From contig JBDRBN010000129.1 of NCBI GenBank assembly GCA_043822785.1, forward strand, positions 1 through 10,584: a stretch of DNA of 10,584 bases, in the 5' to 3' direction. The notes under the pieces were generated by a model. The model did not search any database. It saw only the letters and a program-made list of their open reading frames with translations, and was not told where the DNA came from. The translations under genes and the position numbers were made by a program. Of the stretch, positions 6,767 to 10,584 are shown piece after piece. How positions within the stretch are numbered: the first letter of the stretch is position 1; every line of letters starts with the position of its first letter. Origin of the DNA: Pseudomonadota bacterium (GTDB lineage Bacteria; UBA10199; 2-02-FULL-44-16; JAAZCA01).

Positions 6767-6801
6767 AGAAATCATTTTAATATGATATGGAGCAATTTGC
6801 C

Positions 6802-8097
6802 ATGAAGATTGCCATGGTTGCACCTTATAGTCTTTTTTGCCCCAATTCGCGTCAATCAGAAGATGAAAGGATAAATAATTTTATAAAGACCAGGGGTACT
6901 ATAGTTAAAGCGCATTCTCCCAGCGATTCCCTCCTACAGCTGGCAGCATTTACTCCAGAAAATCATGAGCTCGTTTATATGGATGACCAATACGGCAACA
7001 TCGATACGAATCAAGGGTTTGATCTGGCTGCAATCACCTGTATAACCGTAAGCGCAAATCGTGCCTATAAAATAGCTGATGAGTTCAGGCAAAAAGGCGT
7101 TTACGTGGTCATGGGCGGGATTCACACAACGCTCTGTCCAGAAGATGCTGCCAAACATGCTGATACAATCGTTGTCGGAGATGCGGATGATGTTTGGCAA
7201 AGATTTCTTTTTGATTTTGAAAATGGTGTACCAAAAAACTTTTATGATGGCGGTCGTGCTGATATTAGGAAAAGACCCCCTCCTCGCATAAGCCTTGTGC
7301 CCAGAGAATGGTATTTTCTCAATATGATGCAAAAGGAGATGTACGCTTTTAGTACAACGCTGGGTTGCACGAGGGCATGTAAATTCTGTTCTGATTGGAA
7401 AAAACCAGGATACAATCGCCTGCAGAAGAAAACTATTGAACAGATAAAACAGGAGTTGGAACAGATAGCATCCTACTCAGACAATTACAGCCTTTTAATA
7501 ATGGACGACAATGTATTCCTAGATGTAAGCCACGGCAAAAAAGTGTTGGAGGTCATCAAGAGCCTAAATGTAAGATGGATTGCAGCAACAGACATATCCA
7601 TTGCTGAGCATCCTTCTCTACTAAAAATGATCCGCGAAAGCGGATGCAGATTATTATCGATTGGCTTGGAGAGTCTCAATGAGGAAAATCTAAAGTGGCT
7701 TGCGCCTTGGAAGGCTAAACAGGTAAAAAGTTACAAAGACGCAATAAATAAATTACGCGAAGAAGGTATCAATGCTGTGGGTTCCTTTATGGTGGCTCTG
7801 GAATATGATACAAAATCCACTTTTGAGGAGATCTTCGAGTTTTTTATTGAAAGCAAACTCTCCGGTGCAGCTATTTCAATATTAACTCCTGCACCTGGAA
7901 CTGAGCTTCGAAACAAACTGATTAAAGAAGGCCGATTGGATTTAAAAGCTCCTTGGAAAGCATATAGCGGTTACAACCTTTTATTTAAGCACCCTACTCT
8001 CTCTAAAAAAGATATTTATGACGGTTTGTTTTGGTTTTTGCAAAAATGCGAGACACCTGAAATGATCGAGCACTTGAAGAGGATTAGTTTTGAATAA
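6802..8097 (+). CDS. Cobalamin (B12)-binding domain radical SAM protein (class B methyltransferase-like architecture)
   Basis: LLQLAAFTP, AYKIADEFR..VVMGGIH (B12-binding Rossmann domain), CTRACKFC (CX3CX2C), DDN, SGC..LSIGLES, LTPAPGT. ATG 6802 has GGAG 9 nt upstream; ATG 6787 is an alternative start. Confidence 0.9.
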   Translation: MKIAMVAPYSLFCPNSRQSEDERINNFIKTRGTIVKAHSPSDSLLQLAAFTPENHELVYMDDQYGNIDTNQGFDLAAITCITVSANRAYKIADEFRQKGVYVVMGGIHTTLCPEDAAKHADTIVVGDADDVWQRFLFDFENGVPKNFYDGGRADIRKRPPPRISLVPREWYFLNMMQKEMYAFSTTLGCTRACKFCSDWKKPGYNRLQKKTIEQIKQELEQIASYSDNYSLLIMDDNVFLDVSHGKKVLEVIKSLNVRWIAATDISIAEHPSLLKMIRESGCRLLSIGLESLNEENLKWLAPWKAKQVKSYKDAINKLREEGINAVGSFMVALEYDTKSTFEEIFEFFIESKLSGAAISILTPAPGTELRNKLIKEGRLDLKAPWKAYSGYNLLFKHPTLSKKDIYDGLFWFLQKCETPEMIEHLKRISFE

Positions 8098-8103
8098 TTA
8101 CCC

Positions 8104-10221
8104 TTATATCATAAGTAGAGGCATAACAGCTGTGCCTGCAAAGGCCGGGTGGAACATAGTATTGTTGCCTGCGCCCATAAAGCCGCCCATGAACGCAGCA
8201 TCAGCTGTGTCATGAGAATAGATAGCCATATGTAAGCTGCTAGCGCCTCCGGCATTGCTATAAGTTGTACTAATGGAAGGCGCAGGCTCATGAAGCCACT
8301 TCATGGTCAGCCCTCCGTTTCTATCTATATCGACTTTCACATTTTCCAAGAAAAGTTGACCGCTCGTGTTTGAAAGCCATCTTGCAAAAGAAGACTCATT
8401 AAGATCTATGCGGCCATTATAATCGCTCTTAATTGCGACGTCCCCTCTCAAGATAGCGTTTTGCAAAAAAACTTCACCCTCTATATAGAGGCTCTGCAAA
8501 TCTTTCATAGAAGGTCTGCCAAGAGCCTTCATCGTCTCCGCTAAACTTTTCCATCCATTCCAACCTCTCAAGGTGATTGCTGGAGGTGATATTTTATCCT
8601 TCAGAGGCTTTGTTTCACCGCTTTTGGCATCTAATTCAAACACGTCACTGTTATAAAAATATATGAAATCAACGGGCTTCTTTATGGGTGCAAATTGCGT
8701 CCATCGATCTTGCGCAGATGCGTTGAATATCCTGGCACCAACAAAGTTATGTAGAACAGACGCCATACTGCCTTCCAAATGACGCACAGGGATTCTTTGC
8801 CCGCCAAGAACAACCTCTCTCTTATTCGCTACAGTCTCTGGCACGAGTAACTTATGAAGCTCTTCATCACCCCGATTAGCAGTTTCCCGCTCGAATATCT
8901 TCAAACATTCAGGGACGTTTATGTATGCTGTGTTCGTGTTCATAGGCTGCGGTTTATCCCCTTTTCGAAGGCCAATGTCTTGAAAAAGTCTTTGTTGGGA
9001 TTTATGAACACGGCTTGTCTCAATGACCTCTAATGATCCATCTTCGACCACAAATATTGCTGCATTGGCATCTGCTGCAGTGCGGTCCGTGGAGACAAAG
9101 GCAATCGGTATTTTATCCTCTAGTAGTTTAGCTGCAATCGCAGGGTGTGGCCTGGCCTGTATGTTCTCAGCATCACCTATTACTAATACTTGGATGCCAT
9201 GCTGTTCCCATAGCTTCTTCAAGCGACCTGAATAATAAAGCTCATGTAAAACCTGGCCGTCTCCGCCAGGTGCGAGATCGATATCAGGTTGCCCAATCTC
9301 TATGGGCATGTAGGTCGTATCACCTATCTTTGGAAAACTCGTTTGCGGTATCTCATCATGTATGTGGAGGCCAGCTTTCTCAAGATATATGCGGTTGCTC
9401 TCACTGCCCTTCCCTGCCCTTGCTTCGAGCGAAGGTCCGTTCATGAGCCCATTCCAACCATCGCTCGTTACTGTGCTGTTGAACGGCATCACATGGACTT
9501 TTTTGAAAACCTTGGTGAGGCCCGAGAGGGCTCTGAGCTTGGCTTCCATGATCGACATACGCGCTACTTGCGGGCCATAAGACGATTCTACATCAACAAA
9601 CATTGAGATACCCGTTCCCTTTGAATGATGATGGGCCGGATCCAAGCCCATTCTGGAACCAAGTCCGCCGTTGAGTTCAAGCATCATGACGGAAATCTCT
9701 TTTGCCCTTTCGATAAGCTCAGGGTCATCCTGCAAATCTCCTATGTCTATAACGAACTCGCTTCGCTCCTGCGGGTTCATCTTGGTAAAGTTGGCTACCT
9801 GTCCATTAAAACCAAACGAACATTCGAGACTACCGAGTCCATCAAGATATGTTCCGTAGAGTCTCAGAAAATAGCACCTCTGATGATAAGGATAATTTTC
9901 AAGATGCTTCCCAGCCATGCGCACTAAGGTTTGTACATCGTTAGCATGATGAAAGGAAAACGTTGCTAACCTGTTGCCATTATAAGTTGCTTTTGCCATA
10001 TCCAGCGCAAGCTTGTTGAAATCACGCATCACGACTGGGCCAGCTGAAGACCAAAAGTGCGCTCCGCGACCATTTATGATTGCCTCGAGTTGACTAAGCT
10101 CTTCTACACTAACACTGCCAGATGTGAAATGCATAAGGAGCTCGTCGTCCCCCTCAGATCTGAGAAGATCTGTAAGGATCTCAGACAAAAGAGGTGAAAT
10201 TTGGACCTTCGGTATTGCCAT
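8104..10221 (-). CDS. Eukaryotic-type UTP--glucose-1-phosphate uridylyltransferase (UDPGP family) homologue with N- and C-terminal extensions
   Basis: Motifs colinear with the UGP1/UGP2 family: LNGGLGSRMG, NS..T, QTSFPKI, PGGDG, NTNT, HLEGSM, FAPIKK, and a beta-helix region PSMKDLQSLYIEGEV..NAILRGDVAI. SD AGGAGA at 10232-10227. It is not a GalU-type sequence. Confidence 0.85.
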   Translation of the reverse strand: MAIPKVQISPLLSEILTDLLRSEGDDELLMHFTSGSVSVEELSQLEAIINGRGAHFWSSAGPVVMRDFNKLALDMAKATYNGNRLATFSFHHANDVQTLVRMAGKHLENYPYHQRCYFLRLYGTYLDGLGSLECSFGFNGQVANFTKMNPQERSEFVIDIGDLQDDPELIERAKEISVMMLELNGGLGSRMGLDPAHHHSKGTGISMFVDVESSYGPQVARMSIMEAKLRALSGLTKVFKKVHVMPFNSTVTSDGWNGLMNGPSLEARAGKGSESNRIYLEKAGLHIHDEIPQTSFPKIGDTTYMPIEIGQPDIDLAPGGDGQVLHELYYSGRLKKLWEQHGIQVLVIGDAENIQARPHPAIAAKLLEDKIPIAFVSTDRTAADANAAIFVVEDGSLEVIETSRVHKSQQRLFQDIGLRKGDKPQPMNTNTAYINVPECLKIFERETANRGDEELHKLLVPETVANKREVVLGGQRIPVRHLEGSMASVLHNFVGARIFNASAQDRWTQFAPIKKPVDFIYFYNSDVFELDAKSGETKPLKDKISPPAITLRGWNGWKSLAETMKALGRPSMKDLQSLYIEGEVFLQNAILRGDVAIKSDYNGRIDLNESSFARWLSNTSGQLFLENVKVDIDRNGGLTMKWLHEPAPSISTTYSNAGGASSLHMAIYSHDTADAAFMGGFMGAGNNTMFHPAFAGTAVMPLLMI

Positions 10222-10240
10222 GCAAGTCTCCTAAAAACAG

Positions 10241-10290
10241 CTGTTCCAGCTTAAAGGGTCGCAGCCCTTACCAGTTGGGCATTAGAACAG
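10241..10290 (-). promoter_or_regulatory. Imperfect long hairpin directly upstream of the UGPase-like SD
   Basis: Minus strand: CTGTT-ctaatgc-CCAACT-ggt-AAGGG-ctgcga-CCCTT-ta-AGCTGG-AACAG, followed by CTGTTTTT-AGGAG. Confidence 0.4.
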
Positions 10291-10371
10291 TCAAGGGTTA
10301 TTTAAGAAAAGCGATGTTGGAGATTGGCCCGCTACAAAGCGCGGCAAGAAAGATGGCTGTGAATTCTTTTG

Positions 10372-10393
10372 AGTCCCGACAAATGTCGGGACT
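10372..10393. repeat. Perfect 9-bp inverted repeat
   Basis: AGTCCCGAC-AAAT-GTCGGGACT. Confidence 0.75.
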
Positions 10394-10436
10394 TGTCACC
10401 TGCGACTCTTGTCTTCGGGATTTCTCCCGCCTACCT

Positions 10437-10479
10437 TGCCCGTCCGCCACGGGTTCGCCGTAGGCGTACCGGGCGGGCA
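10437..10479. repeat. GC-rich nested palindrome
   Basis: TGCCCGTCC (10437-10445) pairs with GGGCGGGCA (10471-10479, one G-T pair) and encloses GGT-T-CGCC-GTA-GGCG-T-ACC. Confidence 0.65.
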
Positions 10480-10497
10480 CTCTGTCGAAGGATGTCG

Positions 10498-10543
10498 TGC
10501 CCAAGTCAATATGTCAGGTTAATGCCCAAGCGATAATGTCAGG
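10498..10543. repeat. Tandem bipartite direct repeat TGCCCAAG-N5-ATGTCAGG x2, period 25 bp
   Basis: TGCCCAAG-tcaat-ATGTCAGG (10498-10518), ttaa, TGCCCAAG-cgata-ATGTCAGG (10523-10543). Confidence 0.75.
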
Positions 10544-10584
10544 GTGGGCGAATGTGCAGCTAGGGCTGCCGAATTAATAGGAAT

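Noticed and set aside
6755..6776. CRP, FNR or IHF site in the divergent gap
   Set aside because: TGTGA lacks a TCACA at N6, the TGAT/ATCA spacing is wrong for FNR, and GATCAA lacks the downstream TTR of the IHF consensus.
10360..10445. c-di-GMP-I, FMN or cobalamin riboswitch suggested by GGCAA...CGGGAGAAAUCCCG
   Set aside because: The other conserved blocks (GACGCAAAGC and tetraloop receptor; ACCGGCGGU and AGUCCGGAUG; B12 box) are absent.
10445..10470. tRNA fragment suggested by GGGTTCG
   Set aside because: No TTCRA T-loop, cloverleaf or acceptor stem can be built.
10194..10504. Short ORFs 10194-10463 (+) and 10298-10504 (-)
   Set aside because: Non-ATG starts, no recognisable motifs, and both run through palindromes.

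Overview
Bacterial DNA, about 45% GC by eye; the gene order suggests a deltaproteobacterial-type organism (inference). The left part (256-4180, minus strand) is a housekeeping operon, rpsA-sppA-ihfB-HIT-lapA. It has a clear sigma70 promoter (TTGACA-N17-TATGGT) and a hairpin-rich leader of about 100 nt. Its non-overlapping intergenic gaps hold TGTC-tagged REP-like palindromes (3 paired copies, 1 single arm, 1 sequence-variant arm) and one inverted heptamer array. The right part has four accessory enzymes in alternating orientation: a DmpG-like DRE-TIM aldolase without its dehydrogenase partner, a DegT/DnrJ aminotransferase with N-terminal insertions, a B12-binding radical SAM enzyme, and a eukaryotic-type UDP-glucose pyrophosphorylase homologue with an unusual C-terminal tail. 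All four deviate at motifs that are normally conserved. The last 360 bp are non-coding and contain many hairpins plus a 25-bp-period direct repeat. No tRNA, rRNA, CRISPR array or transposase was seen. Family calls come from motif recognition by eye, not database searches.
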